Part shown: piece by piece, positions 9,354-19,140 of the stretch | How the letters are laid out: each line of letters begins with the position of its first letter | Position numbering within the stretch: position 1 is the first letter of the stretch | NCBI GenBank assembly: GCA_044352155.1 | Contig: JBILEK010000002.1 | Location: 26,735 to 90,734 of the forward strand | DNA: 64,000 nt | From: Bdellovibrionia bacterium | GTDB taxonomy: Bacteria; Bdellovibrionota; UBA1018; JBILEK01 | Direction: 5' to 3' | The notes under the pieces: generated by a model | Database searches by the model: none | Seen by the model: only the letters and a program-made list of their open reading frames with translations | What the model was told of the DNA's origin: nothing | Translations under genes and position numbers: made by a program

Positions 9354-10283
9354 ATGTCCTCTCAAGTGCTTGTGGTTGGAAGCTCGGTTGTCGACTTGAC
9401 GTTCTACTCGGCGCGCATTCCCGCGATCGGCGAGACGCTGAGCGGACGTTTTGTGCAGGGACTTGGGGGCAAGGGTTTCAACCAAGCCGTTGCAGCACGT
9501 AAGGCTGGGGCTTCAGTCACGTTTCTATCCGCGCTAGGCAATGACGGATTTGCACCGCTCTTTGAGTCACGGCTCCAAGAGCTTGGAATCTCCTATGCGA
9601 TTGAGCGCATGACCTCTGAAGCAACAGGTGCCGCTGCGATCTCAGTCGATCAACAGGCTCGCAACACGATCATTGTCGCTCTCGGTGCAAACTCGCGGAT
9701 GACTCCCGAGTTCCTCGATCAGAACGCTCAGGCCTTTAAAGGGATCCAAGCGCTCCTGGTCCAATTTGAGACTCCACTTGATGTCGTTGAGCGCGCACTC
9801 GAGCTTGCGCGCCAGCATAGCCCGAGTGCGGTCAGGATCCTTAATCCTGCTCCCGCAATCACTCCGATTCCGTACTCGATTTTATGCCAAGTCGATCTCC
9901 TCACTCCAAACGAGACGGAACTCGAAACGATTTCAGGTTTTCGCGTTCAGACGCCTGAAGATCTCAAACGTGCGAGTGCTGCAATCAAGGGCCCCGAGGC
10001 CATCCTCGCAACCCTAGGTGATCAAGGCGCTTCTCTTTGGACTGAAAAAGAGCACTTTAGTTTTAAGGCTTTTCCGGTGAGCGCCATTGACACCTCCGGA
10101 GCTGGAGATGCTTTTAACGGAGGTCTTGCGTGTGGGATTGCTCTTTACGGGCGCCCCGAGCTTGTGCGTGCGATTCGTTTTGCTTCTGCTGTAGCAGCTC
10201 TCGCTGTCACGTGCGAGGGTACCTCAGCGTCGATGCCAAGTGCACATGAGATCAACACTTTCCTGAAACAAACTCAAGAATGA
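9354..10283 (+). CDS. Ribokinase/PfkB-family sugar kinase
   Basis: GGKGFNQAVAA and DTSGAGDAFNGG motifs; start at ATG 9354 (MSSQVLVVGS). Confidence 0.8.
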   Translation: MSSQVLVVGSSVVDLTFYSARIPAIGETLSGRFVQGLGGKGFNQAVAARKAGASVTFLSALGNDGFAPLFESRLQELGISYAIERMTSEATGAAAISVDQQARNTIIVALGANSRMTPEFLDQNAQAFKGIQALLVQFETPLDVVERALELARQHSPSAVRILNPAPAITPIPYSILCQVDLLTPNETELETISGFRVQTPEDLKRASAAIKGPEAILATLGDQGASLWTEKEHFSFKAFPVSAIDTSGAGDAFNGGLACGIALYGRPELVRAIRFASAVAALAVTCEGTSASMPSAHEINTFLKQTQE

Positions 10284-10894
10284 GAGATCAGTATCCTCAG
10301 CACTGGTGGTCTCCCATCGATCGCTCTACTCTTGCCGAGTGGGAGATCTCTCCTGAGGATGCAGGTGATGGTGAAGTCATCCTCTCCAAACGCCATGAGC
10401 TTCAAGTGCTCTCAAACTTTGCGCACACCCCTTTTGAGTTTCGTGGAGAGCGCTACCAGAGCATCGAGGGTTTTTGGCAAATGATGTTTTATCCAGATCC
10501 CGAAATCACAGACGATCCTCGCGCGCACCTCTCCTGGCCACACACTCGTGCTCAGGTCTCTCAGATGATCGCATTCGAAGCACAGAACGCAGGTCAAATC
10601 GGGTGGAGCAATCTGCTCGCGTTAGGGGTTGACTGGGTCAGCTTTAAGGGAGTGCGGATGCTTTACTGGACTCAAGAAAAAGGAGCACACTACCAGCTCA
10701 TCGTAGAGGCGATGCGCGCAAAGCTTGAGCAAAACGACAGTGTGAGGCGCGCTCTGTTATCGACCACGGGGCTCCGTTTAAGGCCAGACCACCACCAGCC
10801 CAACGATGCTCCCCCATCTTGGAAGTACTACGAAATTTGGGAAGAGCTCCGCGACCTACTCACTGGCGTGCGGAACTTGTCCGTGCCCGTTTAA
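10280..10894 (+). CDS. NADAR (YbiA-like, DUF1768) domain protein
   Basis: NADAR core LSNFAHTPFEFRGERYQSIEGFWQ; 4-nt ATGA overlap with ribokinase stop. Confidence 0.65.
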   Translation: MRDQYPQHWWSPIDRSTLAEWEISPEDAGDGEVILSKRHELQVLSNFAHTPFEFRGERYQSIEGFWQMMFYPDPEITDDPRAHLSWPHTRAQVSQMIAFEAQNAGQIGWSNLLALGVDWVSFKGVRMLYWTQEKGAHYQLIVEAMRAKLEQNDSVRRALLSTTGLRLRPDHHQPNDAPPSWKYYEIWEELRDLLTGVRNLSVPV

Positions 10895-11314
10895 AACATT
10901 CAGCTGATCGACCATCTCGACAAAGAGATCTCCCTGACGGACTTGGATCGGGAAGGTGGAATGGGTTTCATTCATTTTTACGATGTCACGCGAGATCGCA
11001 TGAAGGGGACCTGCCACCTTACGACTCAGCTGAATCAACAAAAGCAAAGCGATCAAAACTAAAAGAAGCAAAAACGTGAGTCCCAAAAGTAAAGAGGAAT
11101 GAATCGAAGCCTCTAGAGTCTCAATTCCCTCAGGCCCAAGCGATGGAACAAGCTCGATCAAACGAGACGTAAAGTAGTGCACCCAAGAATAAACCGAAAA
11201 CGCCAACAGTGCGACAAACGCGACCGCGTACATCGATAGACGCAAAAAAAACCATCGATGAAATCCGCTCACAAATGAAAACAACTTTCGACGCGAGTGA
11301 GCAATACCTGACAT
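10856..11314 (-). CDS. Hypothetical membrane protein (HAMP-like segment)
   Basis: Two TM helices; 3' end overlaps NADAR gene by ~38 nt so call is tentative. Confidence 0.4.
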   Translation of the reverse strand: MSGIAHSRRKLFSFVSGFHRWFFLRLSMYAVAFVALLAFSVYSWVHYFTSRLIELVPSLGPEGIETLEASIHSSLLLGLTFLLLLVLIALLLLIQLSRKVAGPLHAISRDIVKMNETHSTFPIQVRQGDLFVEMVDQLNVLNGHGQVPHASE

Positions 11315-11317
11315 TGC

Positions 11318-12055
11318 TTAAATCCCCTGCGTCCAGCCGCCATCAACTGCGATCGCTTGACCTGTGATAACCGCTGCCCCCTCACTCGCAAGAAACGCCG
11401 CAGTCGCACCGAACTCCTCGGGCTTACCCACTCGACCGACAGGGATCTCGGTCGCAATTTTTGCTTCATCGATCCCTAGCGCTTTTAAGCGTTCAGTCAT
11501 CGTGTGTCCGGGGAGCAAAACATTCACCGTAACCCCGTCTCTCCCAACCTCTTTTGAAAGCGAGTTTGCTAAACCCAGCAACCCCGCTCGAAGTCCGTTT
11601 GAAATCGTGAGTCCCGCTATCGGCTGTTTGGCTGCAGCAGAGGTGACCAAAAGAATACGGCCCCACTTGCGCTCACGCATCTGCGGAAGCGCGGCCTGAA
11701 CCCCTTCAACTACACTCATCCATAAAGCGTTAAATCCCTCTTGCCATTGTGAGGAGGTGACTTCTTGAAACGGAGCTTTCGGAGGTCCGCCGGTATTGAG
11801 AACTAAAATATCCACTCCACCCATGGCACGGCTTGCTTCTTCAATTGCTCTTCGAGACTCGCCTGCTCTGGACACATCCACCACAATCGCAAGCTCTGCT
11901 GCAATCTCGCGTCGAGTCGACTCGAGTCGATCTAAAGTGCGCGCCGCAATCGCAACTCTGACTCCCTCTTTTGTGAGAGCCTGAGCGACAGCGCGCCCCA
12001 AACCTTGAGACGCTCCAAAAACGAGTGCCCTTTTACCTTTGATCTGTAAGTCCAT
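11318..12055 (-). CDS. Short-chain dehydrogenase/reductase (SDR)
   Basis: GASQGLG Rossmann motif, SDR length and catalytic region. Confidence 0.8.
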   Translation of the reverse strand: MDLQIKGKRALVFGASQGLGRAVAQALTKEGVRVAIAARTLDRLESTRREIAAELAIVVDVSRAGESRRAIEEASRAMGGVDILVLNTGGPPKAPFQEVTSSQWQEGFNALWMSVVEGVQAALPQMRERKWGRILLVTSAAAKQPIAGLTISNGLRAGLLGLANSLSKEVGRDGVTVNVLLPGHTMTERLKALGIDEAKIATEIPVGRVGKPEEFGATAAFLASEGAAVITGQAIAVDGGWTQGI

Positions 12056-12059
12056 AGCT

Positions 12060-13394
12060 CTAGTAAAGTCCTTTCAAGTCCTGATCAATTCTTCGCTTTG
12101 CACGCTCAAGATCGAGATCCTCAAGCCGTGAAATTTCTCGTCCAAGCTCTTGGAGGATCTGCGCTTGAATCTCTCCTGCTTTTTTGGCCACGCGATAAGG
12201 CACGCGAGAAAAACTCACCAAAGCGTAGCGCGACATATAATCACGCGGAAACTCTCTCTGCAAAACACGCTCAATCTCGCGCTCTTTTAAAAACTCAGGG
12301 TCACCAACACGGTCCCGCATCTCAATAAAGTTCTCTTGCGCCAAATCGGCGATTGCATCGGCGTCCGGACGGCGCTCGTTGGAGAACTGTTGAAAAAGCT
12401 CATCCCAAGAAATCAAATCACTCTGCATCCGCTCCGAGAGCAACGAGCAGTCCTCAAAGCCAGAGTTCATCCCTTGTCCAAAAAACGGCACAATTGCATG
12501 TGCAGCGTCTCCCATGAGCAACGCTTCGCCGCCACGGTTCCAACTCTCCGTCCTGATGGTCACCATTTGTCCTACTGGGTTCTCAGTCCACTCTTGATCA
12601 AACTGAGGCATCAGCGCAAGTGCATCGCCAAACTCTCGCTCAAAAAATACACGCGCTTGCTCTACACGATTGAGCGCTTGAAAGCTCTTTTCTCCTTCAA
12701 ATGGCAAAAACAAAGTGCAGGTGAAACTACGATCATGATTGGGGAGTGCAATGAGCATATAAGTGCCGCGCGGCCAGATATGGAGCGCCTGAGAGTCCAA
12801 CTGGAAACCCCCAAGCGCATCAGGCGGGATCGAGAGTTCACGGTAACCGTAGTTGAGCTTTTGAACTTGGGTCGGCACGCCCATCGCCTCACGCAGCACG
12901 GACGCAGACCCATCCGTCCCAAAAACGCGCCCGACCTTAGCGCTAGGGTGGGACTCAAAGCTCAACTCACGTTTTGAAAAATCAACCCTCTTCAGTCGAT
13001 GCTCAAACTTTAAGCGAACACCTCTACTCCGCTCTGCAGCTTCAAGTAGTACGCAATTCAGAGCGGATCTCGAAACCGAGTAAATCGCTTGTCCATCTAA
13101 GCCATAGGGCTGAAAGCTTAACGCTCCGTCCACAGCATGCATCCGTCGTCCGTACATTGGTAGAGCAATGGGTCTGACTTGCTCGAGAAGTCCAGCCTGT
13201 TCAAGAGCGTGGAAACCGCGCACCGAAACCGCGAGATTGATCGAGCGCCCTTCGCTCTTACGCGTGAGCCTTGGGTCTGAGCGACGCTCAAAGAGGGTGC
13301 TCTCAAACCCCATCCGCGCAAGCATGACCGCCCACAACGAACCAACAAGTCCACCACCGATAATCTGAATTTCACGATCTTTGGACAGCCTCAA
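12060..13394 (-). CDS. kmo: Kynurenine 3-monooxygenase (FAD-dependent)
   Basis: IIGGGLVGSL FAD motif, ~444 aa, in kynurenine-pathway operon; TTG start, TTGA overlap with kynU. Confidence 0.75.
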   Translation of the reverse strand: MRLSKDREIQIIGGGLVGSLWAVMLARMGFESTLFERRSDPRLTRKSEGRSINLAVSVRGFHALEQAGLLEQVRPIALPMYGRRMHAVDGALSFQPYGLDGQAIYSVSRSALNCVLLEAAERSRGVRLKFEHRLKRVDFSKRELSFESHPSAKVGRVFGTDGSASVLREAMGVPTQVQKLNYGYRELSIPPDALGGFQLDSQALHIWPRGTYMLIALPNHDRSFTCTLFLPFEGEKSFQALNRVEQARVFFEREFGDALALMPQFDQEWTENPVGQMVTIRTESWNRGGEALLMGDAAHAIVPFFGQGMNSGFEDCSLLSERMQSDLISWDELFQQFSNERRPDADAIADLAQENFIEMRDRVGDPEFLKEREIERVLQREFPRDYMSRYALVSFSRVPYRVAKKAGEIQAQILQELGREISRLEDLDLERAKRRIDQDLKGLY

Positions 13395-14632
13395 ATTTTT
13401 TGCTCCACAAAAGTCTGCGCAACTCTCCAGACATCATGAAAGGAGTTATACAGTGCAACCGGCGAGACTCGAACGATGTCTGGCTCACGAAAGTCGCAAA
13501 TCACGCCAGCCTGAGACCAAACGTTCACGAGCGATTTGCCGCCTCGAATCCGAACCGAGAGCTGACTTCCCCGCTCACGAGGAGTTAGGATCTTTTGTCC
13601 TAACAAGAGGCTCTCAAGATAGCCGGTCAGAAGATCGCTTTTTTTACGAATCGCGTTCATCCCTACACGGTCAAAAATCTCCATCGATGCCCGAAGCGCT
13701 GCTAATTGAAAGATCGGCGGATTAGAGAGCTGCCATCCTTCGGCTCCAGGGATCGGATCGAACTCTCTGTCCATGCGAAAGCGCGTTTGCTTGTTCTGCC
13801 CCCACCACCCAGCAAAGCGCGGGAGATCTCGCGCGTGCGCATGCCGCTCGTGAACGAAACATCCTGAAAGTGCTCCGGGACCTGCGTTCAGATACTTGTA
13901 CGAGCACCAGACCGCAAAGTCAGGCCCATCATCGTGTAAGGAGAGCTTCAGATTACCGGCACCATGAGCCAAATCAAACCCCGCATACGCCCCCACAGAG
14001 TGCGCAGCTTCGGTTACAGCTGGGATCGAAAATCTCTGTCCTGTTAAGTAGTTCACGTTACCAAGTAAAACGAGCGCAAGCGAAGAGCCTTCACGACGGA
14101 TCGCCTGAAGGAGATCTTCTTCGCGGATCACACTCTCTCCTGCGCGAGGAGCGACCTCGACAACAACGTCTTTAGGATCGTAACCGTGAAAGCGAACTTG
14201 CGAAGCAATCGCATACTGATCAGAGGGAAACGCACCTGCTTCCATCAGAATTTTGGGTCGCTCTGCGGTCGGGCGATAAAACGAGACCAGCATTAAGTGG
14301 AGATTCACGGTGAGCGTATTCATCACGACAACTTCAATCGGTCGCGCACCGACGAGTCGCGCAGTGCTTTCGGTCAAAAACTCGTGGTAAGGCATCCAAG
14401 GCTTACGCGCGTGAAAGTGTCCCTCCACCCCAAAACGCGCCCAGTCCTCAAGCTCTTGTTCGACGTAGAGGCGAGCGTTTTTTGGCTGTAGGCCAAGTGA
14501 ATTACCGCAAAAATAGAGCATCTCGCGGCCCTGTGCATCCTTTGGAAAAATAAAACTCTCTCGCTCGATTCGCAGAGGATCTTCTGAATCGAGCTTGCGT
14601 GAAAACTCCTCCGTCAGCTGAAGCTCTCTCAT
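13391..14632 (-). CDS. kynU: Kynureninase (PLP-dependent)
   Basis: Kynureninase N-terminal motifs (FIFPKD, YFCGNSLGLQPK); start moved to ATG 14632 giving ATGA coupling with ACMSD stop. Confidence 0.8.
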   Translation of the reverse strand: MRELQLTEEFSRKLDSEDPLRIERESFIFPKDAQGREMLYFCGNSLGLQPKNARLYVEQELEDWARFGVEGHFHARKPWMPYHEFLTESTARLVGARPIEVVVMNTLTVNLHLMLVSFYRPTAERPKILMEAGAFPSDQYAIASQVRFHGYDPKDVVVEVAPRAGESVIREEDLLQAIRREGSSLALVLLGNVNYLTGQRFSIPAVTEAAHSVGAYAGFDLAHGAGNLKLSLHDDGPDFAVWCSYKYLNAGPGALSGCFVHERHAHARDLPRFAGWWGQNKQTRFRMDREFDPIPGAEGWQLSNPPIFQLAALRASMEIFDRVGMNAIRKKSDLLTGYLESLLLGQKILTPRERGSQLSVRIRGGKSLVNVWSQAGVICDFREPDIVRVSPVALYNSFHDVWRVAQTFVEQKI

Positions 14633-15633
14633 CCAAGCCACCTTTGTGCGTTTTTCCAAAGAACCTTATCGCGCGCTTCGCCCTCTAGAACTCTCTCCAC
14701 GAGCGCTCCAGGCCTTGCCTCTCCCAGGGGAAACGGCTGATCCGAGCCGATACAGATAAAATCTTCCCCAAACACATCGACAATCAGACGCAAAGTGCGT
14801 TCATCATGAACGAGAGAATCTACAAAAAATCTCCCGATCGCCTGGGCCGGAGGAGTGCTGGTGTCCACTGCACAGAGATCAGGGCGCGCTTCAAAACCAT
14901 GCTGAATGCGGCCTAAGGTTCCCGCAAATGCACCTCCTCCATGAGCAAATGCAACACGGAGAGTTGGGAATCTCTCAAACACTCCTCCAAAATGCATTGA
15001 ACAAATCGCAAGCGAGGTCTCAGCGGGCATCCCGACCAACCAAGGGAGCCAGTACTTGGGCATTCGCTCCTCCCCCATCATCTCCCACGGATGAACAAAT
15101 ACCGAAACACTCAGCCTCTCGCAGGCCTGCCAGAACGGGTCGAGCTCACGGGCGTTGAGATTCCAGTGCCCGATGTGAGAGCCGATTTGAACGCCTTTTA
15201 GCCCCAACTCCTTTACTGCGCGCTCAAGTTCCTGCACCGCAAGCTCTGGATCCTGAAGTGGTACAGTCGCAAGCCCTGCAAAGCGAGTCGGATGATCTAA
15301 GCAGGGTCGCGCGAGATCATCGTTTAAAAAACGCGCACACTCCAGTGCGTCGCGCGGGGGTAAACCATAACCAAACATGACAGGCACAGTGGAGAGTACT
15401 TGCAAACTCACGCTTTGCTCATCGCACTCCCTCAAACGACGAGTGGCATCCCAGAGATTGCTCTCGACTTCGCGAAATACTTTTCCATCATCCCGCACCA
15501 TCCGCGCACGACACTCGCCGCAGTGCTCAAGCGTGATAAAGCCGCCGTAACCGAACTTCTCTTTCCACGCCGGGATTTTACGCGGCAGCCAGTGTGAGTG
15601 GATGTCGATTTTGTTAACGTTGCGCGTGCTCAT
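14629..15633 (-). CDS. 2-amino-3-carboxymuconate-6-semialdehyde decarboxylase (ACMSD, amidohydrolase-2)
   Basis: Very high similarity to animal ACMSD (IDIHSH, YWLPWLVGMPAET, AHGGGAF); ATG at 15633. Confidence 0.85.
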   Translation of the reverse strand: MSTRNVNKIDIHSHWLPRKIPAWKEKFGYGGFITLEHCGECRARMVRDDGKVFREVESNLWDATRRLRECDEQSVSLQVLSTVPVMFGYGLPPRDALECARFLNDDLARPCLDHPTRFAGLATVPLQDPELAVQELERAVKELGLKGVQIGSHIGHWNLNARELDPFWQACERLSVSVFVHPWEMMGEERMPKYWLPWLVGMPAETSLAICSMHFGGVFERFPTLRVAFAHGGGAFAGTLGRIQHGFEARPDLCAVDTSTPPAQAIGRFFVDSLVHDERTLRLIVDVFGEDFICIGSDQPFPLGEARPGALVERVLEGEARDKVLWKNAQRWLG

Positions 15634-16099
15634 GTCCACAGCTCGTGCATTTTAGATGTGTTGGATCAGAGTAATAGCGCTGAAAGACTGGCGGAAGATC
15701 TCTCACAATGCTTGTGACCGCAAGAAACTCCTCATAAAGGGGCGTAAAACAGCGCTCACAGATCCAGCGAAATCCATCAAGCTCCCCCGGCAAGCGCTTG
15801 CGCTCGATCACAAGTCCGATCGAACCCTCTGGTCTCTGGGGGGAGTGAGGGACTTTCCGCGGCAGAAGGAAAATCTCCCCCGCACGGATCGGCAAATCCT
15901 TAGGTCGACCTTGCTCAAGGACGCGCAAATTCATTTCTCCTTCAATCTGATAGAAAAACTCCTCCCCCTCATTGATGTGATAATCGGAGCGCTGATTTGG
16001 ACCTCCCACCACAGTGACCAAAAACTCTCGATCCTCCCAGACTTGAGCGTTGCCGACTGGAGGCTTAAGCAGGTGACGATGATTCTCAATCCACTGCAT
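15614..16099 (-). CDS. 3-hydroxyanthranilate 3,4-dioxygenase (cupin)
   Basis: HAAO motifs GGPNQRSDYHINEGEEFFYQ; start at ATG 16099 (MQWIENH). Confidence 0.8.
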   Translation of the reverse strand: MQWIENHRHLLKPPVGNAQVWEDREFLVTVVGGPNQRSDYHINEGEEFFYQIEGEMNLRVLEQGRPKDLPIRAGEIFLLPRKVPHSPQRPEGSIGLVIERKRLPGELDGFRWICERCFTPLYEEFLAVTSIVRDLPPVFQRYYSDPTHLKCTSCGHEHAQR

Positions 16100-16113
16100 A
16101 AAGTTAAGGGGTC

Positions 16114-16539
16114 TCACTTGCCCTCCGGCATGACTGCGATGCACTTGAGCTCAATCGATATGGGAGTCGGGAGCGAGAGGACCTCTATCGTCGTACGACA
16201 AGGCTGAGCGCTCTTAAAGTACTCAGCGTATAAACGGTTGTAGATCTCAAAATCCCGCTTCATGTTGGTGAGGTACACAGTAACGTCGATGAGATTCTCC
16301 CAGGAGGTCCCTGCCTCTTCCAAAACGGCGCGGACGTTTTTAAACACCGAATGGCACTGTGCTTCAATATCTGAGGAGAGAAGACCTCCCTGAGCATCAA
16401 GCTCTACACCTGGGATTTTTTTTGTTCCTCGCTCACGAGGCCCGATCCCTGAGAGAAAAAGCAAATTCCCCACACGCCTCGCGTGCGGATACAGACCGAC
16501 GGGCTCGGGGGCTCGCTGGGAGTCTACGCGCTCACTCAT
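16114..16539 (-). CDS. RidA/YjgF-family protein, probable 2-aminomuconate deaminase
   Basis: RidA fold motifs; position in pathway operon; ATGA overlap with downstream ALDH. Confidence 0.7.
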   Translation of the reverse strand: MSERVDSQRAPEPVGLYPHARRVGNLLFLSGIGPRERGTKKIPGVELDAQGGLLSSDIEAQCHSVFKNVRAVLEEAGTSWENLIDVTVYLTNMKRDFEIYNRLYAEYFKSAQPCRTTIEVLSLPTPISIELKCIAVMPEGK

Positions 16540-17954
16540 GGGCGCATCCCTTTGGCTGTTGTGATCGTTTTAGTCTCGGTAAAAAATCGATACGCATCCT
16601 CGCCTCCTTCACGCCCTAGGCCCGACTCTTTCCAACCTCCAAACGGAGTGCGCAGGTCACGCACCATCCAGCAGTTTTTCCACACCAAACCTGTCTGAAG
16701 TCCTTGAGCCACTCGCTCGGCGCGCTCAGGGTCCTCAGTCCAAACACTTGCTGAGAGTCCGTAGACAGAGTCATTGGCGAGCTCGAGCGCCTCTTTTTCT
16801 GTTCGAAACGACTGCAAGGTTACCACTGGGCCAAAGATCTCTTCTTGGTTCGTCAGGCAACGAGGACCAAGGCCCTCAAGGACCGTCGGCGGATAAAAGT
16901 ATCCTCGGCCCGAAAGAGGCTCCCCGCCGCAGAGCACTCGAGCACCCTCGTGTCGCGCTCGCTCAACAAGCGCCGTGACTTTCTCAAAGTGTGGCTTTGA
17001 AACAAGGGATCCAAACTGAGTCTGAGGGTCCAGCGGATCTCCAATGCGTAACTCTTTTGCGTACTGTACGATCTGATCACGCGCGTGGGCGTATACGGAT
17101 TCTTCGATCAAAATCCGCGAGCCGCACAGACAAATCTGACCTTGATTTGAAAACGCAGCCTGCGCAGCCTCTGCGAAAGCGCGCTTGAGATTGGCATCGG
17201 CAAAAATGAGGGTTGCGTTTTTTCCACCCATCTCAAGAGATATTTTTTTGAAATGAGGCGCAGCCAGTTCCGCAATCCTGCGTCCAGTTGCGGTACTCCC
17301 AGTGAACGAGAGCGCCTTGACCCGAGGATTACGCGCAAGCTCCGCTCCTGTCTTTGCGCCTACGCCATGGACCACCGAAAGTGCGCCCGCCGGGAGCCCT
17401 ACCCTTAAAGCAGCTTCACAAAGCAGAGCTGCGGTTCGCGGAGTCCACTCTGAGGGTTTAGCGATCACACAGTTTCCAAACGCGAGTGCGGGCGCTACTT
17501 TCCACGTCAAAAGATACAGTGGCAAGTTCCATGGCGAGATCGCTGCCACAACCCCAACTGCTGAGCGCACGACAGCGTGATCAGCCTGAGCGGTAAGATA
17601 GGTTTCCGGCATGCGTGACTCTGCAAAGTCGGCAAAAAATTCCAAATTGCGAATCGCTCGCGCGATATCGACTGTTTGCGAAGTTGTGATTGGCTTTCCT
17701 GTATCGAGCGTCTCAGCCCGCGAAAACTCCTCATGCCTTGAGCGCACTTCGGAGCAAAGAGCACGCAAAACTTTCACGCGCATCGGGAGCGTATAGTGGA
17801 GCCAAGACGAGCGCTCTGCGCTCTCAATCGCAAGCGCAATATCCTGCGCATCTGAGTCAGGAAGTCGTAGATCCACTTCGCCGGTTGCTGGATTTTCGTG
17901 ATTAAGCCATTGGCCTTTGGTTGCAGGCATCCACTGGCCATCGATGAAGTTCAT
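16536..17954 (-). CDS. Aldehyde dehydrogenase, probable 2-aminomuconate-semialdehyde dehydrogenase
   Basis: ALDH catalytic region (ELGGK-like EMGGKNA, ICLCGSR Cys); start ATG 17954 sharing A with kynB stop (TGATG). Confidence 0.8.
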   Translation of the reverse strand: MNFIDGQWMPATKGQWLNHENPATGEVDLRLPDSDAQDIALAIESAERSSWLHYTLPMRVKVLRALCSEVRSRHEEFSRAETLDTGKPITTSQTVDIARAIRNLEFFADFAESRMPETYLTAQADHAVVRSAVGVVAAISPWNLPLYLLTWKVAPALAFGNCVIAKPSEWTPRTAALLCEAALRVGLPAGALSVVHGVGAKTGAELARNPRVKALSFTGSTATGRRIAELAAPHFKKISLEMGGKNATLIFADANLKRAFAEAAQAAFSNQGQICLCGSRILIEESVYAHARDQIVQYAKELRIGDPLDPQTQFGSLVSKPHFEKVTALVERARHEGARVLCGGEPLSGRGYFYPPTVLEGLGPRCLTNQEEIFGPVVTLQSFRTEKEALELANDSVYGLSASVWTEDPERAERVAQGLQTGLVWKNCWMVRDLRTPFGGWKESGLGREGGEDAYRFFTETKTITTAKGMRP

Positions 17955-18616
17955 CACTTCTTGGGACACAACTCCCCCAAAACGCTCTCAACAAGGATCG
18001 CGCGCACTGGCGCTGCATCTGCGCCCTCAAGAGCCAAAGGCAGAGCGACTAAACTATAAATCCCCTCCGGCACCGCTCCAAGCACAAGGCCCTCTAAAAT
18101 CGAAAGATCGCGACTGAAACAAACTTGATGCGCTCTCAGCTCTTTGTCATCAGCAAGATCAAGAGAAGGCGTATCCACACCAATCAAACGCACTCCGCAA
18201 GAGGCGAGATACTCCACAAGCTCAGGCTCCACACCGTTGAAGTCGCTCGTCCAACGGTAAGGATCCGCAAAGCTATCGGTCTGAAGCAGGACGCGCGGCG
18301 CACGAGGAGTGCGCCCCTGAAGGGCCGATAAACCAATGCGCTCTCCCCGGGGGGCTCGCACGCGCATCACTTCGCACGCGCCAAAGTAAGCAGCAAGATC
18401 GCGCTCTGCGATACCGACGCCGTCGCGATGATAATGAATCGGCGCATCCGCGTGTGCACCCAAGTGGACCGTGCAGTGGATTTTGGAGAGCGAAAGATGA
18501 TGCCCACGCGAGAAGTGCAAAAGCTCTTCACGCACGTACGGTGTATCTCCTGGAAACACGGCAATCCCCTCCCGCACTCGAGGCGAAATCTCCCAGTATT
18601 TCAATGCTTCACGCAT
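17954..18616 (-). CDS. kynB: Kynurenine formamidase (cyclase-family, KynB type)
   Basis: HxGxHxDxPxH motif (HCTVHLGAHADAPIHY); operon context. Confidence 0.7.
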   Translation of the reverse strand: MREALKYWEISPRVREGIAVFPGDTPYVREELLHFSRGHHLSLSKIHCTVHLGAHADAPIHYHRDGVGIAERDLAAYFGACEVMRVRAPRGERIGLSALQGRTPRAPRVLLQTDSFADPYRWTSDFNGVEPELVEYLASCGVRLIGVDTPSLDLADDKELRAHQVCFSRDLSILEGLVLGAVPEGIYSLVALPLALEGADAAPVRAILVESVLGELCPKK

Positions 18617-18699
18617 CGCTCCGTTGTACCCCGAGTTGTCTCTTGGCTACAACCCGTGGAGATGGGAAAATACCGGATTCCGGAGCGTTGCGCAATTTC

Positions 18700-19140
18700 A
18701 TGAAGTCCACACTGCTCGTTTGCCCTCAATGCGAAAAGATCAACCGCTTACCCGTCGAGCGTGCCCAAAAGGGTCAACCCGTTTGCGGAAACTGCAAGAG
18801 CTCACTCCCCTCCCACAACGCAGTCCAGGAGATCAGTGGAACCGCGCTCAACCGACTCATTCGAGTCGCCGACCGACCACTTGTTGTCGACTTTTGGGCC
18901 GAATGGTGTGGCCCGTGTAAAGCTTTCGCTCCAACATTTAAGGCAGCCGCTCAGCAACTTGGCGAGAAGATCCTCTTTGCTCAGCTCGATACTGAGCGCT
19001 ACGCACTCGCTGCGCAAACCTACCAGATCCGCGGGATCCCGACCTTGATCGTGTTCAAAGACGGCCTCGAAGTAGATCGTCAGTCGGGTGCGATGCCGCT
19101 TGCGATGTTTCTGAACTACCTCAACCAATGGAGCACTTGA
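18700..19140 (+). CDS. trxC: Thioredoxin 2 with N-terminal zinc finger
   Basis: CPQC...CGNC zinc finger followed by WAEWCGPCK active site; start ATG 18700. Confidence 0.85.
   Translation: MKSTLLVCPQCEKINRLPVERAQKGQPVCGNCKSSLPSHNAVQEISGTALNRLIRVADRPLVVDFWAEWCGPCKAFAPTFKAAAQQLGEKILFAQLDTERYALAAQTYQIRGIPTLIVFKDGLEVDRQSGAMPLAMFLNYLNQWST

Noticed and set aside
14629-16144. ORF-track starts for ACMSD (15639) and HAAO (16144) implying 26-31 nt gene overlaps
   Set aside because: Those starts are GTG codons shown as M in the track. In-frame ATGs at 15633 and 16099 give N-termini that match homologs and reduce the overlaps.
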